This document shows positions 23,356 through 33,390 of a stretch of 64,000 nt of DNA, piece after piece. This stretch comes from Burkholderiales bacterium (GTDB lineage: Bacteria > Pseudomonadota > Gammaproteobacteria > Burkholderiales > SG8-39). Under the pieces are notes generated by a model. That model did not search any database. It was not told where the DNA came from and saw only the letters and a program-made list of their open reading frames with translations. Location of the stretch: NCBI GenBank assembly GCA_026416295.1, contig JAOAFL010000097.1, positions 14,671 to 78,670 on the forward strand, written 5' to 3'. Each line of letters starts with the position of its first letter. Positions within the stretch are counted from its first letter, which is position 1. Made by a program: the position numbers and the translations under genes.

Positions 23356-23499
23356 GACTCGCTACAGGAAAAGGCCGTCAGACGCCCGGCGCGGGTGCGG
23401 TTGCGATCGGAAGACGCGCCGGAGTCCGGCGCCGGATGTGTGCTGCTTCGCCGCCGCGCCGCTCCGCGACGCAGCGATCGCGTCAAAGACTAGTCGAGT

Positions 23500-23826
23500 T
23501 CAAATGTTGCTGTCAAGAAACGCCGTGAGCTGGGACTTGGTGAGCGCGCCCACCCGCGTCGCCTCGACGTTGCCGTTTTTGAACAGCATCAGCGTCGGGA
23601 TGCCGCGGATGCCGAAGCGCGCCGGAACGGTCTGATTCTCGTCGACGTTCATCTTCGCGACCTTCAGGCGGCCGTTGTATTCGCGCGCGACCTCCTCCAG
23701 AAGCGGCGCGATCGCCTTGCACGGCCCGCACCACTCGGCCCAGTAGTCCACCAGCACCGGAATGTCGCTTTTCAGCACCTCGGGTTCGAAGGTCTCGTCG
23801 GTCACCTGAATCGTCGAACTGGCCAT
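23500..23826 (-). CDS. trxA: Thioredoxin
   Basis: WCGPCK, IRGIPTL; conserved trxA-rho order. Confidence 0.97.
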   Translation of the reverse strand: MASSTIQVTDETFEPEVLKSDIPVLVDYWAEWCGPCKAIAPLLEEVAREYNGRLKVAKMNVDENQTVPARFGIRGIPTLMLFKNGNVEATRVGALTKSQLTAFLDSNI

Positions 23827-23959
23827 GATCCTCGGACTCTGCGTGTCGGGGAAAAAGCGGAACGAAGTTCGACCGATATTATGGGGGCGCGTCGCGGCAA
23901 ACCCAAGCTTCGTGCTAAATTATTGATTGCAAACCCGTTCCCCGAACCGCGCCCGGTCC

Positions 23960-24283
23960 ATGGCTTACGTCGTCACGGAAAGCTGCATCAAGTGCAAGTA
24001 CACCGACTGCGTGGACGTCTGCCCGGTCGACTGCTTCCGGGAAGGCCCGAACATGCTGGTGATCGACCCCGACGAGTGCATCGACTGCACGCTGTGCGTG
24101 CCCGAGTGCCCGGTCGAGGCGATCTACGCCGAAGACGACGTGCCCGACGGCCAGCGCGAATGGATCGCGCTCAACCGCGAGCTCGCCGCGCTCTGGAAGC
24201 CGATCATCGAGCGCAAGCCGGCCCCGCCGGACGCGGACGAGTGGGCGAAGGTGCGGGAAAAGAAACACCTCCTCGAGCGATAG
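23960..24283 (+). CDS. fdxA: 7Fe-type (Azotobacter FdI-like) ferredoxin
   Basis: [18 protein letters not shown] and [12 protein letters not shown]. Confidence 0.93.
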   Translation: MAYVVTESCIKCKYTDCVDVCPVDCFREGPNMLVIDPDECIDCTLCVPECPVEAIYAEDDVPDGQREWIALNRELAALWKPIIERKPAPPDADEWAKVREKKHLLER

Positions 24284-24388
24284 CGGGACGCGCGAGGGCG
24301 CGCGCCCTGCGCGCGGGCGACCGCGACGCCTAGGGCGCGTCGCGGCGAGGCTCGCCGCCTGAGCCCGGTGCGCCGATACACTCGCGCC

Positions 24389-26977
24389 GTGGACGCGCCG
24401 CCGCTTTCGAAGGAAGAGCTGTTCGCCCGGCTCGCCGAAGGCCGGGCGGCTGGCGTCACGGTGGTGACCCCGAACGCCCGGCTCGCCCGCGAGCTCGCCC
24501 GGGAGTTCGACGAGCGGCAGTCGGCCTGCGGCCGCGAGCGCTGGGAAACCGCCGACATCCTGCCGCTCGCTGCGTTCCTCGAGCGCACCTGGGAGGAGGC
24601 GCTCTATGCGCCGGGCGGCGCCGCGCTGCCCGTGCTGCTCGCGCCGGCGCAGGAACGCGAGCTGTGGGAAGAGGCGATCGCGGCCTCGCGCTGGGCGGAC
24701 GCGCTCCTTGACGTTGCGCGCACCGCGGCGCAGGCGATGGACGCCTGGCGGCTCGCGCACGCCTGGCGCATCCCGCTCGCGGCGGGTGCCGCAGCCGGCA
24801 CCGAGGACGCGCGCGCGTTCGCCGCCTGGGCGACGGCGTACGCAAGGCGCACTCGGCGCGGCGGGTTCACCGACGGGGCGCGCCTTGCCGATCTGGGGCT
24901 GGTTGCGCGCGGCACACGGCTGCTCGTCGCCTACGGCTTCGACCTGCTCACCCCGCAGGCCGAGGCGGTGCTTCGGCGCTACCAGCATCGCGTCTGCGCC
25001 CCGGCGCCGCGGCGCGCGCGCGTCTTGCGCGCGGGCTTTGCCTCGGCGGCCGAGGAGCTGGAGGCTGCGGCGTGGTGGGCGCGGGCACGGTTGCAATCCG
25101 GCGCGCGGCGAATCGGCGTCGTCGTGCCCGATCTCGCCGAGCGGCGTCGCGAGGTGGCGCGCGTCTTCGCCCGCGTGCTCGCGCCCGCGAGCGTGCTCGC
25201 GGGCGCAGGCGGCGCGCCGATGCCGTTCGAGCTTTCGGCCGGCGCGCCGCTCGCCGAGTGGCCGCTCGTCGCGAGCGCGCTCGATCTGCTCGATGCTGCG
25301 CACGGCGAGGTCGCCTTCGAGGTCGCGAGCCGGCTGCTGCGCTCGCCGTTCCTCGGCGGCGCCGAATCCGAGCGCGAGGCGCGCGCGCTGCTCGATGCGC
25401 GGCTGCGGCGCGACTGCGGCCCGCGCATCGGCCTCGCCGGACTCGCCGCGCGCGCCCGCGACTGCCCGCGGCTCGCCGCGCATTTTTCCGCGGCGCTCGA
25501 GGTGCGGCGCGCGGGCGAGGCGCCGCGCGACTGGGCGCAGCATTTCGCCGCGATCCTCGCGGCCGCCGGGTTTCCGGGCGAGCGCACCCTCGACTCGAGC
25601 GAATACCAGGTGCGCGAGAAGTGGCATGCGCTGCTCGCCGAGTTCGCGCGGCTCGGCACGGTGCGCGCGCGGCTTGCGCCGAGCGAGGCGCTCGCGCGGC
25701 TGCGACGGCTCGCGGCCGAGACCCCGTTTCAGCCCGAGGCGGGCGATCCGCCGATCCAGGTCCTCGGTCTGCTCGAGGCGGCCGGGCAGCAGTTCGACGC
25801 GCTGTGGGTGAGCGGTCTCACCGACGAAGCCTGGCCGCTTCGCGTGCAGCCGAACCCGTTCCTGCCGATCGCGGCGCAAAAACGCGCGGGCGTCCCCCAG
25901 GCGTCGGCCGAGCGCTCCTTCGCGCTCGATCGGCAGCTCACCGCCGCCTGGGCGGCGTCGGCCGACGAGGTGGTGTTTTCCTGGCCGCGGCGCGAGGAGG
26001 ACCGCGACCTCGCGCCGAGTCCGCTGATCCTGCCGTACGAGGAGCGCGTGCCCGAGGTCGAGCGCGGTCCGCGGCATCGCGATCTGATCCATGCGGCGCG
26101 CGCGCTCGAGGAAGTCGCCGACGCGAGCGCGCCGTTCGCCGAGCGCGCGGCGCGCGGCGGCACGCGGCTCGTCGCCGATCAGGCGGCCTGCCCGTTTCGC
26201 GCGTTCGCGCGCCATCGTCTCGCCGCCGAAGCGCTCGAGACGCCGCAGCCTGCGCCCGATGCGCGCACCCGCGGCAAGCTCGCGCACGTGCTGATGGCCG
26301 AGATCTGGCGCGCGCTCGGCTCGAGTGCGGCGCTCGGCTCGGCGGACCACGCCGCGGTGATCGCCGAGGCGGCGCGCGCCGCGGTGCGCAAGGTGGGCCT
26401 ATCCGGAGCGCTCGCCGATCTCGAGACCGAGCGCCTTGCGCGGCTTGCGCGCGAGTGGCTCGCGCTCGAGCGCGCGCGCGGCGCCTTCGAGGTGGTGCGC
26501 ATCGAGGCGCGCATCGAGTTCGCGATCGGCGGCCTTTCGCTCGCCGGGGACCTCGATCGCATGGATCGGCTGGCCGACGGCACCTTCGCCGTGATCGACT
26601 ACAAGACCGGCAGCCGAGCGAGCGTGCGCGACTGGCTGGAGGAGCGTCCCGACGACCCGCAACTGCCGCTCTACGCGATCGCGGCGCGCGAGCCGGTGAC
26701 CGCGGTCGCGTTCGCCCGGCTGCGAAGCGGCGCGCTCGGCTTCGTCGGTCTGGCTGCCGGCGAGTGCGGCATTCCCGGCGTCTCGCCCGCCGCCGACTGG
26801 GACGCGCTCGTGCGCGACTGGCGCGCGCGGCTCGACGCGCTCGTGCGCGAATTCGCCGCCGGGCACGCGGCGGTCGCGCCCAAGCGCGGCCTCGCCACCT
26901 GCCGCGACTGCGACCTGCAGCCGCTCTGCCGGGTGTACGAGACACTCTCGGCGCTCGACGCCGAGGAGCAGACGTGA
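24389..26977 (+). CDS. addB: AddB-like PD-(D/E)xK nuclease subunit of the AddAB double-strand-break resection complex
   Basis: VVTPNARLAR; ACPF plus CRDCxxxxxC Fe-S staple; DRMD and VIDYKTG nuclease motifs. Confidence 0.85.
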   Translation: MDAPPLSKEELFARLAEGRAAGVTVVTPNARLARELAREFDERQSACGRERWETADILPLAAFLERTWEEALYAPGGAALPVLLAPAQERELWEEAIAASRWADALLDVARTAAQAMDAWRLAHAWRIPLAAGAAAGTEDARAFAAWATAYARRTRRGGFTDGARLADLGLVARGTRLLVAYGFDLLTPQAEAVLRRYQHRVCAPAPRRARVLRAGFASAAEELEAAAWWARARLQSGARRIGVVVPDLAERRREVARVFARVLAPASVLAGAGGAPMPFELSAGAPLAEWPLVASALDLLDAAHGEVAFEVASRLLRSPFLGGAESEREARALLDARLRRDCGPRIGLAGLAARARDCPRLAAHFSAALEVRRAGEAPRDWAQHFAAILAAAGFPGERTLDSSEYQVREKWHALLAEFARLGTVRARLAPSEALARLRRLAAETPFQPEAGDPPIQVLGLLEAAGQQFDALWVSGLTDEAWPLRVQPNPFLPIAAQKRAGVPQASAERSFALDRQLTAAWAASADEVVFSWPRREEDRDLAPSPLILPYEERVPEVERGPRHRDLIHAARALEEVADASAPFAERAARGGTRLVADQAACPFRAFARHRLAAEALETPQPAPDARTRGKLAHVLMAEIWRALGSSAALGSADHAAVIAEAARAAVRKVGLSGALADLETERLARLAREWLALERARGAFEVVRIEARIEFAIGGLSLAGDLDRMDRLADGTFAVIDYKTGSRASVRDWLEERPDDPQLPLYAIAAREPVTAVAFARLRSGALGFVGLAAGECGIPGVSPAADWDALVRDWRARLDALVREFAAGHAAVAPKRGLATCRDCDLQPLCRVYETLSALDAEEQT

Positions 26978-27542
26978 GCCGCGGCGCTCGCCTACGCCGA
27001 GCCGCGCGGCTCGGGCAGATTGCGCGCGACGAAGTTGTCGACCGCGGTGAGGATCTCGGCAAGATGCGGGCGCGCGTACGGCGTCGACTGAATCCAGGCC
27101 GCGTACAGCTCGCCTTCGGGGCGCACGAGCAGCAGTCCCGGCTCGGTGAACAGCATCGGCTCCTTCAGGCCGGTCTCCGGGTTGAGCCCGCGGCCCTCGG
27201 AGATGTAGAGGCCGGCCTTTCGCGCGTCTTCCGGATCGACGCCGTAGCCGACGCGCAGGTGCCGCAGGTTCCATTCGGCGACCGCGCGCTCGGCGCCCTC
27301 GCGCCGATCGCACGAGAGCGCGATCACGGACACGCCGCGCTTTTCGAACTCGGGCGCGAGGCGATCGAGGTCGACGAGCCAGTTGCGGCAGATCGGGCAG
27401 AAGATGCCGCGGTAGAACGCGAGCAGCGCGAGCTTGTCGGGCTTTTCGCGCGCGAGCGCCCAGCGACCGCCGCCCGCGAGGCGGGCGTCGATCGCGGGCA
27501 TCGTGTCGCCGGGAATCACGCGCATCGCAGCGTCTCGTGAGC
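26973..27542 (+). repeat. 7-bp direct repeat CGTGAGC flanking the antisense peroxiredoxin-like gene
   Basis: CGTGAGC at 26973-26979 (contains addB stop) and 27536-27542 (contains addA start). Confidence 0.6.
26992..27525 (-). CDS. Peroxiredoxin-like (AhpC/TSA, redoxin) protein
   Basis: FYRGIFCPIC, ALSCD, FTEPGLLLVRPEG, PYARP; TATGAT -10 box on the minus strand at 27555-27560. Confidence 0.85.
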   Translation of the reverse strand: MRVIPGDTMPAIDARLAGGGRWALAREKPDKLALLAFYRGIFCPICRNWLVDLDRLAPEFEKRGVSVIALSCDRREGAERAVAEWNLRHLRVGYGVDPEDARKAGLYISEGRGLNPETGLKEPMLFTEPGLLLVRPEGELYAAWIQSTPYARPHLAEILTAVDNFVARNLPEPRGSA

Positions 27543-30473
27543 GCCTCGGACGCGATCATAGCGGATGCCGACGAGCGCGCACGCGCGCTCGATCCGACGC
27601 GCTCGTTCATCGTGCAGGCGCCGGCGGGCTCGGGCAAGACCTCGCTGCTGGTTGCCCGTTACCTTCGGTTGCTCGAGACTGCGCGTCGCCCCGAGGAGGT
27701 GCTCGCGATCACCTTCACGCGCAAGGCCGCCGCCGAGATGCGCCGGCGCGTGCTCGAGGCGCTGCCCGCGCGCGCCGACGTCGCGCACCGGCTGCGCATC
27801 GAAACGATCGACGCGTTCTGCCTCTCGCTCGCGCGGCAACTGCCGGTGCCGGCGAAATTCGGCGTGCCGCCGGGCATCGCCGAGGACGCGCGCCCGCTCT
27901 ATCGCGAGGCGGCGCAGCGCGCGCTCGCGGACCCCGCGTGCCCGGCGGTCGCGCGGCTGCTCGCGCACCTCGACGGCCACGTCGCGCTCGCGGTCGATCT
28001 GCTCGCGGCGATGCTCGCGCGGCGCGACCAGTGGCTGCGCCACGCCGGCCGCACGCCGACGCGCGAGGACCTGGAGGCGGCGCTCGCGCGCGAGCGCGAG
28101 CGGCTCATCGCGCAGGCGCGCGCGCTCGATGCGCGCGCCTCGGTCGAGTTCGCGCGCGAGGTGCTCACCGCGAAGGGCGAATGGCGCAAGCGCGCGCCGG
28201 CGGCGCTCGCGGCCGCCGGCAACGAGCGGCTGCGCGCGGCGCTCGCGGCGCTCCTTGCGCTTCCGCCCGAGCGCTACAGCGACGCGCAGTGGGAGGCGCT
28301 CGAGGCGCTCCTTGCGGTGCTGCGGCTCGCGGTGGCCGAACTGAAGCTCGTGTTCGCCGAGGCCGGCGCGTGCGATTTCACCGAGATCGCGCAGGGCGCG
28401 GTGCGCGCGCTCGGCACGCCCGACGCCCCGACCGACCTTCTGCTCGCGCTCGACTACCGCATTCACCACGTGCTGGTGGACGAGTTCCAGGACACCTCGC
28501 TCAGCCAGCGCGAGCTGCTCGTGTGCCTCACCGCCGGCTGGACGCCGGGCGACGGCCGGACGCTGTTTCTCGTCGGGGACCCGATGCAGAGCATCTACCG
28601 GTTTCGCGACGCCGACGTCGGCATCTTCCTGCGCACCTGGCGCGAAGGGCTGCCGAACGTCGCGCTGGAGCGCATCCGCCTGAAGACCAACTTCCGTTCG
28701 CAGGCGGCGCTGGTCGCCTGGGTGAACGAGACGTTTCGCCGCGTGCTGCCCGAGCGCGAGGACGAGGCGAGCGGCGCGGTGCCCTTTTCGGCGGCCGCGC
28801 CGCACCCGGCGAACGAGGCGCTGCCCGGGCCGGCGGTGCAGTGGCACGCGCCGGCCGACGAGGCCGAGCAGGCGGCGCTCGTCGTGCAGCTCGTTCGCGC
28901 GGCCGAAGGCGATTGCGCGCTGCTCGTGCGCAACCGCAGCGCGCTCGCCGAGATCGTGCCGGCGCTCAAGCGCGCGGGCGTGCGCTTTCGCGCGATCGAG
29001 ATCGAGCACCTGGGCGAGAAACAGGTGGTGCAGGACCTGTTCGCCCTCGCGCGCGCGCTCGCGCACCCGGCCGACCGCGTCGCCTGGCTCGCGCTCGCGC
29101 GCGCGCCCTGGTGCGGCATGACGCTCGCGCAACTCGGCCGCGCGCTCGAAGGCCGAAGCGGCACCGTCTGGTCGCTGCTTGCCGAGGTGCCGGAGGCGGC
29201 GCGCCTTCGCGCGGCGCTCGCGCCGGCGCTCGAGGCGCGAGGGCGCGCGAGCCTGCGCAGCCGGGTCGAGGGCGCTTGGCTCGCCCTCGGCGGCCCGGCG
29301 TGCGTCGCCGATCCGACGGAGCTCGAGGACGCCGAGATCTTCTTCGACGCGCTCGAGCGGCTCGAGCGGGCGGGCGAGGCGGACTTCGCGCGCCTTTCCG
29401 AGCTGATCGAGGAGCTTTACGCCGCGCCCGACACCGCCGCCGGCGAGCGCGACCTGCAGGTGATGACCATCCACAAGGCAAAAGGGCTCGAGTTCGACAC
29501 GGTCATCGTGCCGGGGCTGCACCGCGGGCCGGGCGCGAGCGAGCCGCCGCTCATGCTCTGGCGCGAGCGCGCCGACGCCTCGCTCCTGCTTGCGCCGATC
29601 AAGCCGACGGGCGCTGACGCCGATCCGCTCTACGAGTACCTGAAGAGGCTCGAGCGCGAGGCCGAGCAGCACGAGGCGGGACGCCTGCTCTACGTCGCGG
29701 CGACGCGCGCGCGTCGCCGCCTGCACCTTCTCGCCTGTCCGCAAAGGACGATGCCGCCGCGACGCAGCCTGCTCGCCTGCGCGTGGGAGGCGGCGAAGCC
29801 GCACTACGAGGGCCTCGTGCCGCCGGCGCGCGAGGCGCCGCGCGCCGAGCAACGGTGCGCCCCGTTCGTGCTGAAGCGGCTGCCGCCCGAGTGGCGGATT
29901 CCCGAGCCGCCGCCCGCCGCTGCGTGGCAGCCGCGCCCGCCGGCGCAGCGGACGCACGAAGACGTCGAATTCAGCTGGGCGGGCGAAACGATGCGCCAGG
30001 TCGGAACGGTCGTTCACCGCTGGCTGCTCGTCATCGCCGCAGACGGCCTGCGCGGCTGGAACGCGCGGCGCGTCGCCGCGCTGCGCCGCGAGTTCGAGCG
30101 CGACCTCGCGCGCCGGGGGGCGCAGGCGCCGCGCGCGGCGGCCGCGCTCGTCGCCGCGGCGCTCAGGAACACGCTCGCCGATCCTCGCGGGCGCTGGCTG
30201 CTCGGCCCGCATCGGGAAGCCTTGAGCGAGTACCGGATCTCGACGCCGTGCGGGCGCTACGCGATCGACCGCGTGTTTCGCGACGCCGACGGCACGCTTT
30301 GGGTGGTCGATTTCAAGACCGGCCGGCACGAGGGCGCCGACCTCGAGGGCTTTCTCGAGCGCGAAATGCAGCGCTACGCCGCGCAGCTCGACGCCTACGC
30401 GCGCGCGCTCGGTGGCGCGCGCCGCGGACTCTACTTTCCGCTGCACGCCGCCTGGCGCGAGTATCCGGACTGA
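27537..30473 (+). CDS. addA: AddA-like UvrD helicase-nuclease
   Basis: APAGSGKT, ITFTRKAAAEM, VDEFQDTS, GDPMQSIYRFR, TIHKAKGLEF, YVAATRA, C-terminal IDRVF and VVDFKTG. Confidence 0.9.
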   Translation: MSASDAIIADADERARALDPTRSFIVQAPAGSGKTSLLVARYLRLLETARRPEEVLAITFTRKAAAEMRRRVLEALPARADVAHRLRIETIDAFCLSLARQLPVPAKFGVPPGIAEDARPLYREAAQRALADPACPAVARLLAHLDGHVALAVDLLAAMLARRDQWLRHAGRTPTREDLEAALARERERLIAQARALDARASVEFAREVLTAKGEWRKRAPAALAAAGNERLRAALAALLALPPERYSDAQWEALEALLAVLRLAVAELKLVFAEAGACDFTEIAQGAVRALGTPDAPTDLLLALDYRIHHVLVDEFQDTSLSQRELLVCLTAGWTPGDGRTLFLVGDPMQSIYRFRDADVGIFLRTWREGLPNVALERIRLKTNFRSQAALVAWVNETFRRVLPEREDEASGAVPFSAAAPHPANEALPGPAVQWHAPADEAEQAALVVQLVRAAEGDCALLVRNRSALAEIVPALKRAGVRFRAIEIEHLGEKQVVQDLFALARALAHPADRVAWLALARAPWCGMTLAQLGRALEGRSGTVWSLLAEVPEAARLRAALAPALEARGRASLRSRVEGAWLALGGPACVADPTELEDAEIFFDALERLERAGEADFARLSELIEELYAAPDTAAGERDLQVMTIHKAKGLEFDTVIVPGLHRGPGASEPPLMLWRERADASLLLAPIKPTGADADPLYEYLKRLEREAEQHEAGRLLYVAATRARRRLHLLACPQRTMPPRRSLLACAWEAAKPHYEGLVPPAREAPRAEQRCAPFVLKRLPPEWRIPEPPPAAAWQPRPPAQRTHEDVEFSWAGETMRQVGTVVHRWLLVIAADGLRGWNARRVAALRREFERDLARRGAQAPRAAAALVAAALRNTLADPRGRWLLGPHREALSEYRISTPCGRYAIDRVFRDADGTLWVVDFKTGRHEGADLEGFLEREMQRYAAQLDAYARALGGARRGLYFPLHAAWREYPD

Positions 30474-30492
30474 GGACGGGTCGGCTGCGCGC

Positions 30493-32106
30493 TCAGGTGC
30501 CGGCGCCGTCTGCGCGCGCGCGCGGGTCGGCGCGCCAGGCGAGCGCGCACCAGTCGTAGTCCTTGCCCTGCTCGAAGAGTTCGGTGAGCTTCGCGAAGCG
30601 GCTGCGCGTGCCGTGCAGCACCTCGGCGACGAGTCCGGGGATGAAGCGCCCGCGCGGCAGTACGAGCGTGGGTGTCCGGCTCGCCCCGTCGGCGAGCACG
30701 ATCGCTTCCACGTGCTCGTAGGCGAGCGCGCCGGTCGCGCTTTCCCAGTGGCCTGCCATGCGGTCTTCCGGCCCGAGCACCCGCAGCCAGACGCTCACCG
30801 GCTTTTTCGAGAGCAGCTCGAACTCGGCCTGCAACACGCCGCCCGCGCCCATCTCCAAGCGGCGGATGACCGCGAGCCACCATTGACCGGCGTCCGCCGC
30901 GCGCAGCGCCGCGAGCGTACCCACCTCGGCCCAGTCGCCTTCGGGCGGCGGGGCGATCGCGTGCAGCACCCGGCGTCCGGCCTCGCGCAGCGGCCAGGTT
31001 TCGAGCGGCTCGAATTCCGCCGCGTCTTCGTCGGCGAGCCCCACGTTCGCCGCGTGCGGCAGGTAGTGGCACACGGTGTGAAAGCCGTGCGCGACGACGA
31101 GCCCCTCGCGCAGTTCGACCAGGCCGCGCTCGTCCGGCGGCGGCGTCGCGCCCCAGTACTTCAGGAACTGGCGCAGCACCGTCACCTTCTGACCGGGCGA
31201 GAATTCGCGCGCAAGGCGCGCATCCTCGTCGAGCATCGACAGTTCCTGATGCGCGATCATGCGCGCGAGCTTGGCGAGCGCCTCCTGCGCGCCGAGATAG
31301 CGCAGGCCGGGGGCCGGCGGCCGCGGCGCGCGGGCGTCGAGGCGCGCGGGTGCGACGCCCGCGGCGAGGTCGAGCGCATGCGTTGCGCCCGCAAACGGCT
31401 CGGGCGAGAGCCGGCCGGCGCCGGCGAAGCGCTCGGCGATCCGCCAGGCGGCGTCGATTTCCTCCGGCGGCAGGCGCTCGGGGGCCGCGATCGCGACGAG
31501 CAGACACTTCATCGCTTCGGCGAGCGGCGTGCTGTAGCGCGCCTCCCGCGGATAGGCGTGCGTCGGCGCATCGAGCAGGCCGGCGTGTTCGCAGCGCAGG
31601 ATGAGCCCGTAGAGCCCTTCCCAGGAGGCGGCGGGCAGCGGCTCGTAGTGCAGCATGCGCAGGCGCATTTCGCCGGCGCGCGCGCGGATCGCGCGCGCGG
31701 CGATCGCCGCAAGGGGCCCGCGCACCGCCTCGTCGGCGCGCGCCGCGGGCAGCGATTCGCGCGCGCAGCGCGCATACGCCTCGGCGAGTGCCGCCCAGAA
31801 CTCGTGCGCGACGGTCCATGCGAACCGGCCGCTCGCGCTGCGCAGCCGCGGGTCCTTGAAGTAGCGCAGCATCAGCGCCCGCTCGGGCGCGCGGCCCGCG
31901 TCGTCGAGCAGCTCGATCACCGCAAGGCGCGTCGTCGGCCGGAAATCCGGCGCCTCGGCGACCGAGCGCAGCCACTGCGCAAGCTCGCCGAGAAAGCGGT
32001 GCATGTCGTCGGCCGGAAGCGCGGCGACGAGCGCTTTCGCCGCCTCGACGCTGTGCAGCGGATGCCGCTCGTCGCCCCGCCTGAGGCGGTCGAGAAAATC
32101 GAGCAT
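30493..32106 (-). CDS. Conserved hypothetical protein, possibly a FimW-like c-di-GMP receptor
   Basis: 537-aa ORF with coding-like composition; helical N-terminal region and beta-rich C-terminus (WWLAVIRRL, LVLPRGRF). Family call is tentative. Confidence 0.55.
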   Translation of the reverse strand: MLDFLDRLRRGDERHPLHSVEAAKALVAALPADDMHRFLGELAQWLRSVAEAPDFRPTTRLAVIELLDDAGRAPERALMLRYFKDPRLRSASGRFAWTVAHEFWAALAEAYARCARESLPAARADEAVRGPLAAIAARAIRARAGEMRLRMLHYEPLPAASWEGLYGLILRCEHAGLLDAPTHAYPREARYSTPLAEAMKCLLVAIAAPERLPPEEIDAAWRIAERFAGAGRLSPEPFAGATHALDLAAGVAPARLDARAPRPPAPGLRYLGAQEALAKLARMIAHQELSMLDEDARLAREFSPGQKVTVLRQFLKYWGATPPPDERGLVELREGLVVAHGFHTVCHYLPHAANVGLADEDAAEFEPLETWPLREAGRRVLHAIAPPPEGDWAEVGTLAALRAADAGQWWLAVIRRLEMGAGGVLQAEFELLSKKPVSVWLRVLGPEDRMAGHWESATGALAYEHVEAIVLADGASRTPTLVLPRGRFIPGLVAEVLHGTRSRFAKLTELFEQGKDYDWCALAWRADPRARADGAGT

Positions 32107-32166
32107 GCGCCGAGGCTAGCGCCCGGTGCCGCCCGTCGTTTGACGCCGGTCAAGCGTGCCGCGCGT

Positions 32167-32448
32167 TCACTCGAGCCCTGCGCGGCGCAGCCGGGCGCGC
32201 AACGCGTCGAGCTCTTCCAGCGCGTCGGCGACGAGCGCTGCGAGCTCCGGCACCGCCTCGAAATCGCGCTCGAGCCCGCGCATGCGGCGCGCGCGCCGCA
32301 GCGCCGCGGCTCCGAAGCGCCACTCCTCGACCGTCGCACCCGCGGCCGGAAACAGCCCTTCGCGCACCCGCGCGATCACCCACTCGCGCTCGACCGCGCA
32401 GGCGGTGCACAGCTCTTCCAGCGTGAGCCAGTCGTCCTCGTGCGTCAT
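32167..32448 (-). CDS. cbpM: Chaperone modulator CbpM (MerR-like)
   Basis: [33 protein letters not shown]; ATG overlaps the cbpA stop. Confidence 0.88.
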   Translation of the reverse strand: MTHEDDWLTLEELCTACAVEREWVIARVREGLFPAAGATVEEWRFGAAALRRARRMRGLERDFEAVPELAALVADALEELDALRARLRRAGLE

Positions 32449-33353
32449 CGGTGCTGTTCGCTCCATTGCCGGCGCGCGTCGAAGGCGGTCTCGCGCGCGA
32501 GCGCTTCGTAAAGCTCGCGCACGCGGGCGCGGTCGGCCGGCGGCACGACCACCTGGATGTGGAGATAGAGGTCGCCCGGCGGCTGCGACGGAATGCCCTT
32601 GCCGCGCACCCGCAGCGCGCGGCCGCTCTGCGCGCCGGGCGGGATGCGGACGTTCAGCTGTCCGCCCGGGTAGTGGACCGGAACGACCGCACCGAGGGCC
32701 GCCTCCCAGGGCGCGACCGGCAGCGTGAGATGCACGTCGCGGCCGTCGGCGCGGTAGCGCGGGTCGGGCCGGAACTGCACTTCGAGCAGCAGGTCGCCCG
32801 AGGGCGCCTGTCCGGCAAGGCGAAGGATCTGCCCTTCGCGCACCCCTTGAGGAATCCGCACTTCCAGCGTGCGCGCGGCGCTCGCCAGTCGCCCGTGCGG
32901 GTCGAGGTGCGGCACGCGCAGCGTCACCTGCCGCGTCGCGCCGCGGTAGGCGTCTTCCAGATCGAGCAGGATCTTCGCGTAGTGGTCGCCGCGGTGCATT
33001 CCGGCGCGCGCGCCCATGCGCCCGAAAAGCTCCGAGAAGAAGTCGCTGAACTCGAAGGCCTCGGGACCGAAGTCGCGCGCGCTGAACTCGAACCCCGCGT
33101 CCCAGCCCGGCGGGGGGTGAAATTCCTCGCCCGCGCGATGGCCGGCCGCGAGCCGATCGTACGCGGCGCGCTTTTCCGGGTCGGAAAGCACCGCGTACGC
33201 CTCGTTGATCTCCTTCATGCGCTCGGCCGCGTCCGGTTCCTTGGACACGTCCGGGTGGTACTTGCGCGCGAGCCTGCGGTAGGCGCGCTTGATCTCCTCG
33301 GCGGTCGCGCCGCGCGCAACCCCGAGCGTCTCGTAATAGTCCCTGAACTGCAC
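32445..33353 (-). CDS. cbpA: DnaJ-class chaperone / curved DNA-binding protein
   Basis: GTG 33353; [16 protein letters not shown] (HPD), [18 protein letters not shown]. Confidence 0.92.
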   Translation of the reverse strand: MQFRDYYETLGVARGATAEEIKRAYRRLARKYHPDVSKEPDAAERMKEINEAYAVLSDPEKRAAYDRLAAGHRAGEEFHPPPGWDAGFEFSARDFGPEAFEFSDFFSELFGRMGARAGMHRGDHYAKILLDLEDAYRGATRQVTLRVPHLDPHGRLASAARTLEVRIPQGVREGQILRLAGQAPSGDLLLEVQFRPDPRYRADGRDVHLTLPVAPWEAALGAVVPVHYPGGQLNVRIPPGAQSGRALRVRGKGIPSQPPGDLYLHIQVVVPPADRARVRELYEALARETAFDARRQWSEQHR

Positions 33354-33390
33354 GCAAGCCCTCGCCGGCTGGCCGCTGATCGGACCGCAG

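Noticed and set aside
23356-23499. C-rich leader between trxA and rho
   Set aside because: Consistent with known Rho autoregulation; no distinctive motif to support a separate call.
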